Part shown: piece after piece, positions 32,819 to 45,472 of the stretch
Numbering within the stretch: the stretch's first letter is position 1
How the letters are laid out: each line of letters opens with the position of its first letter
Source: an uncultured cyanobacterium
Lineage (GTDB): Bacteria; Cyanobacteriota; Cyanobacteriia; Cyanobacteriales; CAWCAG01
Assembly: GCA_963803805.1 (NCBI GenBank)
Contig: CAWDOD010000011.1
Coordinates: 320,001-384,000, forward strand
DNA length: 64,000 nt
Direction of reading: 5' to 3'
The notes under the pieces: model-generated
Told to the model about the DNA's origin: nothing
Database searches by the model: none
The model's input: only the letters and a program-made list of their open reading frames with translations
Translations under genes and position numbers: made by a program

Positions 32819-33973
32819 TTAAACTACTTGACGTAGGGATTCAATTGTAGCGATCGCTTCTTGGGCTACTTTATCAATCTCTTCTGGGGTGGTGAAGCGG
32901 CTAATACCAAATCTTAAAGAGGCGTAGGCTAAATCTTCCGGGCAGCCAAGGGCAGTTAAGACATGGGAAGGGGAAGTAGATGTCGAAGAACAAGCAGAAC
33001 CAGAAGAGAGGGCGACAATGGGCTGTAAGCCTAGTAACAAGGCAGAACCATCTACCCCTTCAATACTAAGGTTAAGGTTGCCAGCTAGACGTTGGGTAGG
33101 ATGTCCGTTGAGATGGATTCCTGGTAGTTTTTGCAGTTGCGATCGCAGTTTTTCTCGCAATTTTTTGAGGCGTTTGGTTTCTGATTCTAGTTCTGCTAAA
33201 CCTATTTCTATGGCTTTACCAAAACCGACGATTTGAGGAGTGTAAAGAGTCCCCGAACGCATTCCTCTTTCTTGCCCGCCCCCTTGAATTTGGGAAGCTA
33301 TTTTTACTCTGGGGTTACGCCTGCGAACATAAAGTGCGCCGATGCCCTTAGGCCCATATACTTTGTGGGCAGTTAAGGACATAATATCTATGTTCATCTC
33401 TTCGACATTCAAAGGGATTTTGGCTATCCCTTGTGCCGCGTCGGTATGAAATAATACTTTATGTTGGCGACAAATTTTACCAATAGCTTCTAAAGGTTGA
33501 ATTACGCCAATTTCATTGTTGGCTGCCATGATAGAAACTAAAATTGTCTCAGGACGAAGGTTTTTTTCTAGTTGAGTTAAATCAATTAAGCCGTCTTTTT
33601 GAACAGGGAGATAGGTTATTTCAAAACCTAGGTTTTCTAAATATTTACAAGGATCTAAAACTGCACGGTGTTCAGTTTGAAGAGTAATCATATGCCTACC
33701 TTGATTAAAATAGGCTTCAGCCACCCCTTTGATTGCTAAATTATTAGCTTCGGTAGCTCCGCTAGTAAAAACTATTTCTTCTGGACTACAATTAAGTGCC
33801 AAGGCGATAGTTTCTCTGGCTTTTTTTACTGCTGCTTCTGCTTCCCAACCATAGCTATGAGTAATGCTAGAAGGGTTGCCAAAATGTTCAGTAAAATAAG
33901 GTAACATTGCTGCTAAAACTCTTTTGTCAACTGGAGTTGTAGCATGGCAGTCTAGGTAAATTGGACGTTCCAC
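32819..33973 (-). CDS. iscS: Cysteine desulfurase, IscS-type
   Basis: YLDCHATTP, TSGATEANN, TAHK (PLP Lys), SSGSACSS; GTG start 33973. Confidence 0.93.
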   Translation of the reverse strand: MERPIYLDCHATTPVDKRVLAAMLPYFTEHFGNPSSITHSYGWEAEAAVKKARETIALALNCSPEEIVFTSGATEANNLAIKGVAEAYFNQGRHMITLQTEHRAVLDPCKYLENLGFEITYLPVQKDGLIDLTQLEKNLRPETILVSIMAANNEIGVIQPLEAIGKICRQHKVLFHTDAAQGIAKIPLNVEEMNIDIMSLTAHKVYGPKGIGALYVRRRNPRVKIASQIQGGGQERGMRSGTLYTPQIVGFGKAIEIGLAELESETKRLKKLREKLRSQLQKLPGIHLNGHPTQRLAGNLNLSIEGVDGSALLLGLQPIVALSSGSACSSTSTSPSHVLTALGCPEDLAYASLRFGISRFTTPEEIDKVAQEAIATIESLRQVV

Positions 33974-33976
33974 ATT

Positions 33977-34001
33977 AATTATCAATTATCAATTATCAAT
34001 T
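33977..34001. repeat. Heptamer repeat (AATTATC)x3, reverse complement of the 1554 repeat
   Basis: aattatc aattatc aattatc aatt, directly upstream of iscS. Confidence 0.8.
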
Positions 34002-34094
34002 TAGCCTACAGCAAGGGGAGGCTATACAGTTTTAGAAGCGGTAAACTGAGCAAACAGACTTTTATCTCACTTTTGACTTTTGAATGAGTGACTT

Positions 34095-34577
34095 TTGACT
34101 TCAAAAAAATGTGCCATTGCTCTTGGTAGCAATTTGGGTGATTCACCCACTATCTTAAAAAACGCTTTACAAAGACTAAACCAGGTTCCTAACATAACCA
34201 TTAAAGCCTATTCTAACTGGTATTTAACTCCTGCGGTGGGTCCACCCCAACCAGATTATGTTAACGGTTGTGCCTTGCTAGAGGTAGGGTTAACCCCCCA
34301 AGAATTGTTGGCAACTATGTTAAGAATTGAAACAGAATTTGGTCGGGTGCGTCGAGAATATTGGGGACCACGTTTTCTTGACTTAGACTTGCTCTTATTT
34401 GAAGATTTAATCCTGGCAACGCCGAGTTTACAAGTACCTCATCCCTATTTGAGGCAAAGAGCTTTTGTTTTAGTCCCTTTAGCAGAAATTGCTCCTGATT
34501 GGGTAGATCCTGTATCGAAAAAAGCAATTAAGCAACTTCTAAAAGAGGTAGACTGTTCAGAAATTAAACTTTTGTAG
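34095..34577 (+). CDS. folK: 2-amino-4-hydroxy-6-hydroxymethyldihydropteridine diphosphokinase
   Basis: IALGSNLG, WGPR.LDLDLL and PHP...RAFVL.PL motifs. Confidence 0.95.
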   Translation: MTSKKCAIALGSNLGDSPTILKNALQRLNQVPNITIKAYSNWYLTPAVGPPQPDYVNGCALLEVGLTPQELLATMLRIETEFGRVRREYWGPRFLDLDLLLFEDLILATPSLQVPHPYLRQRAFVLVPLAEIAPDWVDPVSKKAIKQLLKEVDCSEIKLL

Positions 34578-34613
34578 CAAATTAATTTAGTTAAGGGTTT
34601 CAAGTATTAAATT

Positions 34614-35168
34614 ATGCAAGGTTACGAACCTCCACAAATTCTCAGACGACGTTTATTTTATCAAGGTCGCAAATTTAGTTTTGATGTGAATCACCTACGC
34701 TTACCGAATGGTGCGAAAGGAGACTGGGAATGTATTCGCCATCCTGGTGGTTCTTTGGCTGTTCCCATTACTCCTGAAGGTAAGTTAGTATTGGTTAAAC
34801 AATATCGTTTTGCTCTCCAAGGGAGAATTTTAGAATTCCCCGCAGGTACAGTAGAATCAGAAGAAAGTCCGGAAGAAACTATTAAAAGAGAACTTGAAGA
34901 AGAAACCGGATATCGCGCCCAAAATTGGCATTTTTTAGGTAAGTTTCCCCTCGCCCCTGGTTATTCTGATGAGTATATTTATGCTCACTTTGCTTCAGGC
35001 TTGGAGAAGCTAGAATCTCCTCCTCAACAAGATGTAGATGAAGATATTGAAGTTGTTTTATTAACTCCTGAAGAATTAGAGAAAGCTATTTTGGAAGGGG
35101 AATTTGTAGATGCTAAATCTATTTGTAGCTTTTTCTTGGCTCGTCCTTTTTTATCGACACAAAAATAG
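34614..35168 (+). CDS. NUDIX hydrolase (ADP-ribose pyrophosphatase-like)
   Basis: Nudix box PAG...E....RELEEETG. Confidence 0.92.
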   Translation: MQGYEPPQILRRRLFYQGRKFSFDVNHLRLPNGAKGDWECIRHPGGSLAVPITPEGKLVLVKQYRFALQGRILEFPAGTVESEESPEETIKRELEEETGYRAQNWHFLGKFPLAPGYSDEYIYAHFASGLEKLESPPQQDVDEDIEVVLLTPEELEKAILEGEFVDAKSICSFFLARPFLSTQK

Positions 35169-35178
35169 TGAATTTTGT

Positions 35179-35550
35179 TTACAATTTAAGCTCAAGAGGT
35201 TGACAAAAATCCTCTATTCCTTGCTTAACTACATAAATAACTATGAGGGTGGTTAAAACTGCTGGACAAACTTTTTGTTCAATTAAATGTTTGACCATCA
35301 AACTAACATTATCATTGGTCAAATCTTCCCTAAATTCAGCTTGACAAACTACTGTACGACATCTTTTCGCCACCCCATCTAACCAATTAAGGCAATCAGG
35401 TTGCTGCCCCGCTTGAATCGCTAAAGCCAGTGCCGCATCTTCTAAGCTGCCTTCACAATCTTCTAGCATATCCAAAGCAACTAAAGCTTGAGGATAAGTT
35501 GCTAGTTGGTTACGATATTGGCTAATTTCTTTAAGGGTTAGAGTAATCAT
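35179..35550 (-). CDS. Hypothetical cyanobacterial protein
   Basis: 123-aa ORF with EDCEGSLEDAA motif; fills the gap between neighbouring genes. Confidence 0.7.
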   Translation of the reverse strand: MITLTLKEISQYRNQLATYPQALVALDMLEDCEGSLEDAALALAIQAGQQPDCLNWLDGVAKRCRTVVCQAEFREDLTNDNVSLMVKHLIEQKVCPAVLTTLIVIYVVKQGIEDFCQPLELKL

Positions 35551-35605
35551 TTAGAGTTATCTTGGATAAATAGAAAAATACATAGCTTAGTTATTTATAT
35601 AGATT

Positions 35606-35887
35606 ATGTCAGAACCAATTACTCCACAAATCAGCGATCGCATCTGTAAGCATATGAACGAAGATCATGCTGAGGCGATTGTACTTTATGCCAAGGTTTT
35701 TGGTAGTAGCCCCGAAGCAGAAACAGCTCAGCTTAAGGCGATTGACCCCCAAGGTATGGATATAATAACTCAAATCAAGGGAGAATCTGTACCGGTGCGA
35801 GTAAGTTTTGATACTCCTCTCAAAGATGCAGAGGATGCCCACCATACTTTAATTGAAATGGTTAAGCAAGCCAGGAAACAGAAATAG
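35606..35887 (+). CDS. DUF2470 domain protein (GluBP/heme-utilisation-like)
   Basis: RICKHMNEDH...IDPQGMD...HHTLIEM pattern. Confidence 0.85.
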   Translation: MSEPITPQISDRICKHMNEDHAEAIVLYAKVFGSSPEAETAQLKAIDPQGMDIITQIKGESVPVRVSFDTPLKDAEDAHHTLIEMVKQARKQK

Positions 35888-36034
35888 TCTAATTATTTGA
35901 AACAAAATTACCCTGCCTATTTCCTAATCAGCGTAATTCGGTAATAACGAATAATTATTCCAGATTTCAGATTACTTCTCAGAATAAAGTAAAGACGTAC
36001 TGGCCTGCGTCGAGTCCTTATTTGTTGAGGAGTA

Positions 36035-37360
36035 ATGGAAAGACTACACCAGCCAGGAAATATTATTGCTGATCGCTACCGCATTGTTACTTTTTTGGGC
36101 AAAGGTACTTTCAGCAATACCTACGAAGCAGAAGACTTAACTAATCATAAATGCGTTGCCCTTAAAGCCGTCTCCTTAACTCAGATGGCAGATTGGCAGG
36201 TTTTAGATTTATTACAGCGAGAGGCGAAAGTTTTAGGGAATCTCAATCATCCGGCTATCCCTAGCTACTTGGACTATTTTACTTCAAATTTGCCTAAAGA
36301 TCGCTGTTTTTATTTGGTTCAGGAGTTGGTTAATGGGGAATCTCTTGCTAGTTTGGTTAATCAAGGTTGGCGGGCTGATGAAGAAGAAGTTAGAAGTATC
36401 GCCATCCAAGTTTTAGAAATTCTCAACTATCTTCACAACCTTACTCCTCCGGTAATTCATCGCGATATTAAACCACAAAATATTGTTCGCCGCAGGGATG
36501 GTAAAGTATTTCTCGTCGATTTCGGGGCAGTACAAGACGTTTACCGTAATACCTTAACCCGTGGCGGTACATTCGTTGGTACATTAGGTTATATGCCCCC
36601 AGAACAGTTCCGAGGTCAAGTTGGGGCAGCTTCTGATTTATATGGTGTTGGGGCAACTTTATTATTCTTATTAACTGGGCGATCGCCTGATGATTTCCCT
36701 CAACATCGCCTTAAGGTAGATTTTCGTCGTTGGGTTAAGGGTTCTTGGGAATTTATTAATTGGTTAGAAAAGCTTCTTGAACCTGCTATTGAAAATCGCT
36801 TTACCTCCGCAAAAGAAGCTTTAGAACATTTGGGGAAATTGCGCCTTACACCTCGTGCTTCTGCTTTAACTTACAGCAAACCATTAGGTACACAAATTGT
36901 TTTAACAAAAACTAATCGCCGAATAACTATTAAGCTTCCTCCCCCTAAAGGTTGGTTATTTTGGTTTGGCTTACTTTGGAATATATTTATTATTTTACTA
37001 ATTTTGAGTAGTTTGTTTGGTGGACTAGTTGCTTTTTTCATAACCTTGATTTTACTGGTTCCTTGGTTGTTTGTTGGTTGGTTAATTTTACAAACTGCTC
37101 TTACAACAACTTATTTAGAAGTTGACAAAAAGAATTTTTTTTTGCAATGGCAAATTGGTAAATTTGTGCCTCGCTCTATCCAAGGAAAGACAGCAGATAT
37201 TGAGCAAATAGAACTAGAAATCAAAAGAAGCAAACCAAGTCGTATAGTAACTTCCTGTCTTCTTTGGCAAGGAGTAAGAAAGTATCGCTTTGGTTCACAG
37301 CTACGTGAAGATAATGAATGGTTAGTAGCAGAATTGAATGATTTTTTAGGTAATGGGTAA
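36035..37360 (+). CDS. Hanks-type Ser/Thr protein kinase with C-terminal TM segments
   Basis: LGKGTF, VALK, HRDIKPQN, DFG, GYMPPE; hydrophobic C-terminal region. Confidence 0.95.
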   Translation: MERLHQPGNIIADRYRIVTFLGKGTFSNTYEAEDLTNHKCVALKAVSLTQMADWQVLDLLQREAKVLGNLNHPAIPSYLDYFTSNLPKDRCFYLVQELVNGESLASLVNQGWRADEEEVRSIAIQVLEILNYLHNLTPPVIHRDIKPQNIVRRRDGKVFLVDFGAVQDVYRNTLTRGGTFVGTLGYMPPEQFRGQVGAASDLYGVGATLLFLLTGRSPDDFPQHRLKVDFRRWVKGSWEFINWLEKLLEPAIENRFTSAKEALEHLGKLRLTPRASALTYSKPLGTQIVLTKTNRRITIKLPPPKGWLFWFGLLWNIFIILLILSSLFGGLVAFFITLILLVPWLFVGWLILQTALTTTYLEVDKKNFFLQWQIGKFVPRSIQGKTADIEQIELEIKRSKPSRIVTSCLLWQGVRKYRFGSQLREDNEWLVAELNDFLGNG

Positions 37361-37377
37361 CAGCTTAATTAGGTGAT

Positions 37378-38757
37378 ATGGAAATATTACAACAAAAAGA
37401 TTTTTTGATTCATGACCGCTATCGCTTTAAAAAACTTCTAGGCGAGAATGCTTTTAATATCACTTATGAAGCCGAGGATATTATTAATAGCAAGCCCGTA
37501 GTTGTTAAAGCTTTATTTTTGGGAAAAATCAAAGATTGGAAAATATTAGAACTTTTTGAAAGGGAAGCTAAAATACTCGCTTCTCTCAATCATCCTGGCA
37601 TTCCTAAATATATCGATTACTTTTTTGAAGATACTGATACAGACCGCACTTTTTATTTGGTGCAAGAATTTATTCCCGGACAATCCTTAGCTACTTTAAT
37701 TACTCAAGGATGGCATGGAAACGAAATAGAAATCAAAGGGATTGTTCAACAAATACTTGAAATATTACAATATCTACAAAGTTATCAGCTTGCAGTAATT
37801 CATCGAGATATCAAACCGGATAACATTATTCGCCGCGACGATGGCAAAATTTTCTTAGTTGATTTTGGGGCTGTCAAAGAACGATATCGTCGTACCTTAA
37901 ACCGAGGCGATACCTTTGTTGGCACTTTTGGTTATATGTCTCCAGAACAAGCCCGAGGCAAAGCTTACTTTGCTTCTGATTTATATAGCTTAGGGGCAAC
38001 TATCCTTTTTCTGTTAACTCATCGTTCTCCTGATGAGTTGCCCCAGCAAAAAATGAGGATGAACTTTCGTTCTCAGGTAAATATTTCGGAACCATTTGCT
38101 AATTGGTTAGAGAAAATGCTCGAACCAATTGTAGAAGAAAGATTCACTTCAGCAAAGGAAGCCCTTAAATTCTTACAAAATAATCAAGAAAGTATCAATA
38201 TTTTACCCCTTACTCGACCTCAACCTAAGCATAGTCGCATTAAGTTAGTAAAAACTGATCAATATCTAAAAATTATCATTCCTCCTGCTAAATTGCGCAG
38301 AGGAAGTTGGAAAATACTCTTGTTGACTTTGAGTACTAATACTTTTACCCTTTTAAGCATTTGGGCTACTATCCACTGGCAACTACCGGTCTTTGTCTAT
38401 TTATTTTTGCTTGCTTTGTCTCTTACTTGTTTGGGTTCCTGGAGTATATTAACCTTCGCGATTGCTGCTTCTAGTTATCTAGAAATTGAGCCAAATAATT
38501 TTCGCTTAGGTTGGCGTTGCTTAATCTTCAATTACCATTTACAAGGAAAAACAGCTAATATAAAAAATGCCTCTTTGGAGATACAAACTAATCTTCACAG
38601 AAAGAAAAATATTTGCCCTGTCATTCAAGAAAACTTCAAAAAACACAAATTTTGTTGGGGAACTACAGTCATTGAAAAAACTTGGTTGGTAGCAGAAATA
38701 AAAGACTTTTTACTCAAAAGAAAACCTATGACCAGGAAACAAAGTCAATCAAACTAA
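37378..38757 (+). CDS. Hanks-type Ser/Thr protein kinase paralog with C-terminal TM segments
   Basis: VVVK, HRDIKPDN, DFG, GYMSPE; degenerate Gly loop (LGENAF). Confidence 0.93.
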   Translation: MEILQQKDFLIHDRYRFKKLLGENAFNITYEAEDIINSKPVVVKALFLGKIKDWKILELFEREAKILASLNHPGIPKYIDYFFEDTDTDRTFYLVQEFIPGQSLATLITQGWHGNEIEIKGIVQQILEILQYLQSYQLAVIHRDIKPDNIIRRDDGKIFLVDFGAVKERYRRTLNRGDTFVGTFGYMSPEQARGKAYFASDLYSLGATILFLLTHRSPDELPQQKMRMNFRSQVNISEPFANWLEKMLEPIVEERFTSAKEALKFLQNNQESINILPLTRPQPKHSRIKLVKTDQYLKIIIPPAKLRRGSWKILLLTLSTNTFTLLSIWATIHWQLPVFVYLFLLALSLTCLGSWSILTFAIAASSYLEIEPNNFRLGWRCLIFNYHLQGKTANIKNASLEIQTNLHRKKNICPVIQENFKKHKFCWGTTVIEKTWLVAEIKDFLLKRKPMTRKQSQSN

Positions 38758-38766
38758 CCTATCAAA

Positions 38767-39471
38767 ATGAACCAACCTCTTTATATTGCGATCGCCAATG
38801 AACTAAGAAGAAGAATTAATCACCAAACTTATGCAATTGGTCAGAAATTACCCACAGAAACTCAACTTGCAGAATACTTTCAGGTCAATCGCCATACTAT
38901 TAGAAAAGCAGTTAGCCTCTTGAAAAGAGAAGGATTATTGCGAGTGGGACAAGGGCGAGGAACTTTCGTTGCAGGTAATCCTATTAATTATCCTCTAATC
39001 AAACTTAACGACGAAACAAAAGCTTTAAAAAATCAAGGTAGACAAAGTAGTTTCAACTTGTTACAAGCAATTACAATTACTGCAAATATAGCAGTCGCTG
39101 AAATTTTGGGTTTATCCTTAGAAGAACCCGTCGCTTTAATTGAATACTTAACTTTAGCCGACGGTCAGCCCATTTGCGTTAGTAATAGTTATTTTTCCCT
39201 ACACCGCTTTCCTGATATTTTGCAACATTGTTATAAAGTTCCTTCTATTTCCTTATTGCTACAGCAAGTTTATGAGTGTGATCGTAACCATAAAACAACT
39301 CGAATTTCTACTAGTAAGGTCAAACCCCAAGATGCTAGATTACTAGAATTACCCCTCACCGACCCAATTTTGGTAGCTAAGTCGGTAAATGTAGACCATC
39401 AAGATACTGTTGTTGAGTATCAAATAACAAGGTGGCGAGGGGATTTAGTTGAATTAGTGTTGTCTTATTAG
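38767..39471 (+). CDS. GntR/HutC (UTRA) transcriptional regulator, PhnF-like
   Basis: LPTE.QLA..F.VNRHT.R and QGRGTFV motifs, C-terminal UTRA domain. Confidence 0.85.
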   Translation: MNQPLYIAIANELRRRINHQTYAIGQKLPTETQLAEYFQVNRHTIRKAVSLLKREGLLRVGQGRGTFVAGNPINYPLIKLNDETKALKNQGRQSSFNLLQAITITANIAVAEILGLSLEEPVALIEYLTLADGQPICVSNSYFSLHRFPDILQHCYKVPSISLLLQQVYECDRNHKTTRISTSKVKPQDARLLELPLTDPILVAKSVNVDHQDTVVEYQITRWRGDLVELVLSY

Positions 39472-39584
39472 GGGAAGAGATTAGGTAATAAGCATTGGTG
39501 ACAAGTTAAGCCAAAGCACAATCTGTCAAACCCCTGTGCTTAGAGAAAGGAGAAAGGTCGAGTCGGGGGTTTATCCCTCTTATT

Positions 39585-40451
39585 TCAAACTCCATTTTTT
39601 CCTACTACAACTTTTTGGGCAAATCTTAGTTTAGCAGAACGGGAACGGGGATTTTCTTCTACTTCTTCTGGTTGAGGGATAATTGGTTTTTTGGTGATTA
39701 CCTGCAATTGAGGAGAATCCCGAAAGCGATGTTTAACCAGGCGATCTTCTAAACTATGGAAACTAATAATACCGATTCTACCATTGGGTTTTAACCAGCC
39801 AGGGGCGTTATCGAGGAAAGTTTCTAAAGATTGTAATTCTTGGTTGACGGCGATGCGTAGGGCTTGGAAAACGCGAGTTGCTGGGTGAATTCTACCGTAG
39901 CGGTATTTTTTCGGGACAGTAGAGGCGATCGCCCTAGCAAGTTCCGTTGTCGTTTGGAAAGGGCGTTGTTCTACAATACGTCTGGCGATACGTCGAGATT
40001 TTCTTTCTTCACCATATTGGTAAAAGATGTCTGCTAAAGCTTTTTCTTGCCAATGATTAATAATTTCTGCTGCGGTTAAGGATTGGTTGCGGTCCATACG
40101 CATATCTAATTTAGCTTCATGACGAAAACTAAAACCTCTTTCTGGGATATCAAATTGCGCTGAACTAACCCCAAGATCAGCGATTATACCATCAAAAATC
40201 GGAGAACCGGGATTATATTTAGCAAAGTTTCCTTGCCAATAATCAATCTGTTTTTTGTATGTAGCTAAGTTAGTTGAACTGGCTTTAATTGCTTCATCAT
40301 CACGATCAATAGCCGTTAATTTCACATCCGGCGCAGTTTGCAAAATCAACTTACTATGTCCTCCCCTTCCTAAAGTAGCATCTAAATAATGCCCTCCGGC
40401 AGTAATATTTAATCCGGTAATTAATTCTTGAGGTAAAACAGATATGTGCAT
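39585..40451 (-). CDS. rsmH: 16S rRNA m4C1402 methyltransferase
   Basis: [33 protein letters not shown] and [10 protein letters not shown] motifs. Confidence 0.96.
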   Translation of the reverse strand: MHISVLPQELITGLNITAGGHYLDATLGRGGHSKLILQTAPDVKLTAIDRDDEAIKASSTNLATYKKQIDYWQGNFAKYNPGSPIFDGIIADLGVSSAQFDIPERGFSFRHEAKLDMRMDRNQSLTAAEIINHWQEKALADIFYQYGEERKSRRIARRIVEQRPFQTTTELARAIASTVPKKYRYGRIHPATRVFQALRIAVNQELQSLETFLDNAPGWLKPNGRIGIISFHSLEDRLVKHRFRDSPQLQVITKKPIIPQPEEVEENPRSRSAKLRFAQKVVVGKNGV

Positions 40452-40787
40452 AAGCTATTAGCAGAAGTGTTGAAGGAGGAGGGTGTTACGGATAAAAATG
40501 GACACCCCTCTTATGCCACTTTCGGAGAACAAAAATCAATTCTGAATTCTAGGACTTTTATATAGTATGCGATCGCAACATTTTTTCCTAAAAATAAACA
40601 CAACCCTCTGCCAAATGACTGAAATTGTCTCTATTTTCCAATCTAACGAACCAGACATATTGCTATTTCTAGGTTATGGCGAGTGAGTTTGTTTTTTTCC
40701 TAATATTAATAACTTGACCTACTTTGTGGCATATTTTATAGAAAATTATTGATGATTGGGATAATTTTGCTTAAATATGGGTTTTGA

Positions 40788-42863
<2,076 letters not shown>

Positions 42864-42919
42864 TTAAGCTGTCCAACAGACCTTCTAGCAACAATCTTGC
42901 TGGCTTCTTATCTTAACAA

Positions 42920-43564
42920 TTAGCAATTAGCAAAATAAGGTTTAATCGCAAAATCTCCTAAAGTTAAAGTGTAACTTCTCTGTTTTTTTGTAGCAACGAA
43001 ATCAATAATAACTTCACAAGCAACTGCCACAGTTAACATCACTAAATTACGGGCTAAAGGATAGTCGCAGACATCATCATTAACATTAGAAGGAACTCGG
43101 TAAACATCATTCCAGATTACCTCTGCATAATCCTTTGCTAACCCCGTATGAAGACAGGACAAATTGTTTTCTTGACAGTAATCTTTAACTATTTGCCGCG
43201 CTACACTATTATCAAAAGCATCAATTACCAAACTACTATTCCCTAATAATTGCTTACAATTATCTACGGTCAATTCTTGGGAACGCCCATCTATAGTAAC
43301 CCCCAAGGCACGATATAAGCTATTAGTAACAATTTTAGCTTTATATGCACCCACGTCAGACTTATAATAAGGTTGAGTAGAAAGGTTGCGTTCTTCAATG
43401 CGATCGCGGTCTATTACTCGCAATTTACCACAAGCAGCACGAGCTAAATTTTCTGTTATATTAGCGCCCATTGCTCCTGCACCACAAATGGTAATGGCAA
43501 AGTCCTTAAGATTTACCATTAATTCAGGACTACGGTAAAGTTGTTCGTGGAAGAATAAAGACAT
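42920..43564 (-). CDS. ThiF/HesA/MoeB (E1-like) adenylyltransferase
   Basis: ICGAGAMG, IDRD.IEERNL..Q and DAFDN motifs. Confidence 0.85.
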   Translation of the reverse strand: MSLFFHEQLYRSPELMVNLKDFAITICGAGAMGANITENLARAACGKLRVIDRDRIEERNLSTQPYYKSDVGAYKAKIVTNSLYRALGVTIDGRSQELTVDNCKQLLGNSSLVIDAFDNSVARQIVKDYCQENNLSCLHTGLAKDYAEVIWNDVYRVPSNVNDDVCDYPLARNLVMLTVAVACEVIIDFVATKKQRSYTLTLGDFAIKPYFANC

Positions 43565-43723
43565 CTTTTCAGTTATCAGTTGTTAATGTACAGCTTGCTT
43601 TTGCTGTTAAGCATCAGTTAAGTAGAGGTAATAGCAACTCTATTTTAAAGATCAGTCTCTCGGCTATCTTCTATTATTCTCATATAGGTTAAGCTGTTTC
43701 AACTTACAGCATTTTAACCAGAA

Positions 43724-43831
43724 ATGAATGACCAAGAAGCTTTCTTTTTCCTCCTCCGTCTCATTTTCAGTCTTTTTCTATTAGGAATTGTTGCAGGGGC
43801 AATTTTATGGTTACTTGTTTGGGCTTCTTAA
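43724..43831 (+). CDS. Putative 35-aa single-TM microprotein
   Basis: MNDQEAFFFLLRLIFSLFLLGIVAGAILWLLVWAS*; below the ORF-track cutoff, no clear RBS. Confidence 0.45.
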   Translation: MNDQEAFFFLLRLIFSLFLLGIVAGAILWLLVWAS

Positions 43832-44150
43832 TTGTTTTACTAATTGCTAATGGGAGAGGAAACATTCTTGCTTCTATTATTTTAATGATTTCCCTAAAGA
43901 ACATTGTGAGTGGTTAGTACATTTTTTTGAGACTTTCCAAATCATTTTTGCATTTTTTGCTGATAAGCTGATGTGCATTTAAACTGTGTATTACTCAGCT
44001 AGGAAATAAGCCCTAAGACCCTCCTCCGGTATGCCCCCTATCTCCCCATCAAACCTAATAGAGTGAATTTCTAAAATTGCCTGACAGCTTGGTTGAAGTT
44101 GAATTGATTAATTCTTTCGAATTTGGGTCAGCACGACGTAAAGAATACTT

Positions 44151-45065
44151 ATGAGTAAATCAATCCGCCCAAATCATTTACCCAATCAATGGTCAAAAGA
44201 AGTCGACGACTTTATTCGCGGTGCTTCAGGAGGCTTTTTGTTTGGTACTCCCTTGCTGTACACTATGGAAGTTTGGTGGATTGGCTCCTATATTGAACCG
44301 CCAAGAATGTTAGGTTTGCTCGCTGTTACTTATGTGGTAGTTTTCCTTTTAAATCGAGTTGAAGGTTTTCGCGAAAATAGCACTCAAATTCTTGATGCTG
44401 CTATGGAAAGCGTGGAAGCCCTTACCATCGGTATAATTTGCACAACTTTCATTTTAATTTTGTTACGCCGTATCACCTTAGAAACTTCTATAGATGAAGC
44501 CTTGGGCAAAATAATTCTTGAAAGTGTACCTTTTTCTTTTGGTGTCACCCTGTCACGGGCATTTTTGCAAGGCGATCGCAGTTTATCTCAACAGCAAAAA
44601 GATTCTTTAAGTACAGAATCTCACCGTCAATCAAACCATGGATCTAAAAAAGCGAATCATGGCAACTTTCAAGAAACACTAGCAGATATTAGTGGCACAC
44701 TCATTGGGGCTATTATGATTGCCTTTAGCATTGCGCCTACAGATGAGATTCCTGTACTAGCGGCTGCGGCTTCACCACTATGGTTAATTGCTATTATAGT
44801 TGTTTCTTTGGTGATCTCTTTTGGTATCGTTTTTACCGCAGGATTAACAGATCAACAAAAACGTCGCCAACAACAAGGTATTTTCCAAACTCCTGGAGGA
44901 GAAACTATTCTCTCTTATTTAGTCTCTTTATTAGCGTCTGCTTTAATGCTTTGGTTCTTTACTCAACTAAGCTTAAGTGATCCTTGGTTTATGTGGTTGC
45001 GTTATACTATTTTACTGGGCTTGCCTGCGGCTATAGGTGGTGCAGCAGGACGTTTAGCGGTATGA
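44151..45065 (+). CDS. TIGR02587-type integral membrane protein
   Basis: GGFLFG.PLLYTMEVW, APTDEI and LGLPAAIGGAAGRLA motifs. Confidence 0.85.
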   Translation: MSKSIRPNHLPNQWSKEVDDFIRGASGGFLFGTPLLYTMEVWWIGSYIEPPRMLGLLAVTYVVVFLLNRVEGFRENSTQILDAAMESVEALTIGIICTTFILILLRRITLETSIDEALGKIILESVPFSFGVTLSRAFLQGDRSLSQQQKDSLSTESHRQSNHGSKKANHGNFQETLADISGTLIGAIMIAFSIAPTDEIPVLAAAASPLWLIAIIVVSLVISFGIVFTAGLTDQQKRRQQQGIFQTPGGETILSYLVSLLASALMLWFFTQLSLSDPWFMWLRYTILLGLPAAIGGAAGRLAV

Positions 45066-45466
45066 GTAAGAGAAATTCTTTAAAAAACTTATCAAACCGT
45101 TCTTTAGCAGAACGAGTAAGTTTTGTGATCGCTTTATCTATCCTATTGTTAATAGTAGGATTAGTATTTTATAGTTGGCTAACAGGAGACAGTGAACCTC
45201 CGATATTATCTGTAAGTTTAGAAAAAGAAGTTCGTGAAGTTGAAGGAGAATTTTATATTCCTTTTAGCGTTACAAATAAAGGAGGAAGTACAGTAGAAGC
45301 AGTGCAGATTGTAGCAGAATTACAAGCAGAAGAATTACAAGAAATTGGACAACAGGAATTTAATTTCCTCTCCGGGGGCGAAGTTAGAGAAGGGGCATTT
45401 ATTTCCCCTCACAACCCTAATTTAGGTAAATTAATAGTTAGAGTTGCAAGTTACAAATTGCCTTAA
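45062..45466 (+). CDS. TIGR02588-type protein, partner of the upstream gene
   Basis: ATGA overlap with the upstream stop; single TM; ends FLSGGE.REG.F...VASYKLP. Confidence 0.8.
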   Translation: MSKRNSLKNLSNRSLAERVSFVIALSILLLIVGLVFYSWLTGDSEPPILSVSLEKEVREVEGEFYIPFSVTNKGGSTVEAVQIVAELQAEELQEIGQQEFNFLSGGEVREGAFISPHNPNLGKLIVRVASYKLP

Positions 45467-45472
45467 TTTTAG

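Noticed and set aside
39528-39570. AAACCCC...GGGGTTT hairpin as a MITE or REP element
   Set aside because: Only one copy in the window and no target duplication; may simply be a terminator between convergent genes.
44984-45061. N-terminal extension of the TIGR02588-type ORF
   Set aside because: Overlaps the upstream gene; the coupled ATGA start at 45062 is more plausible.
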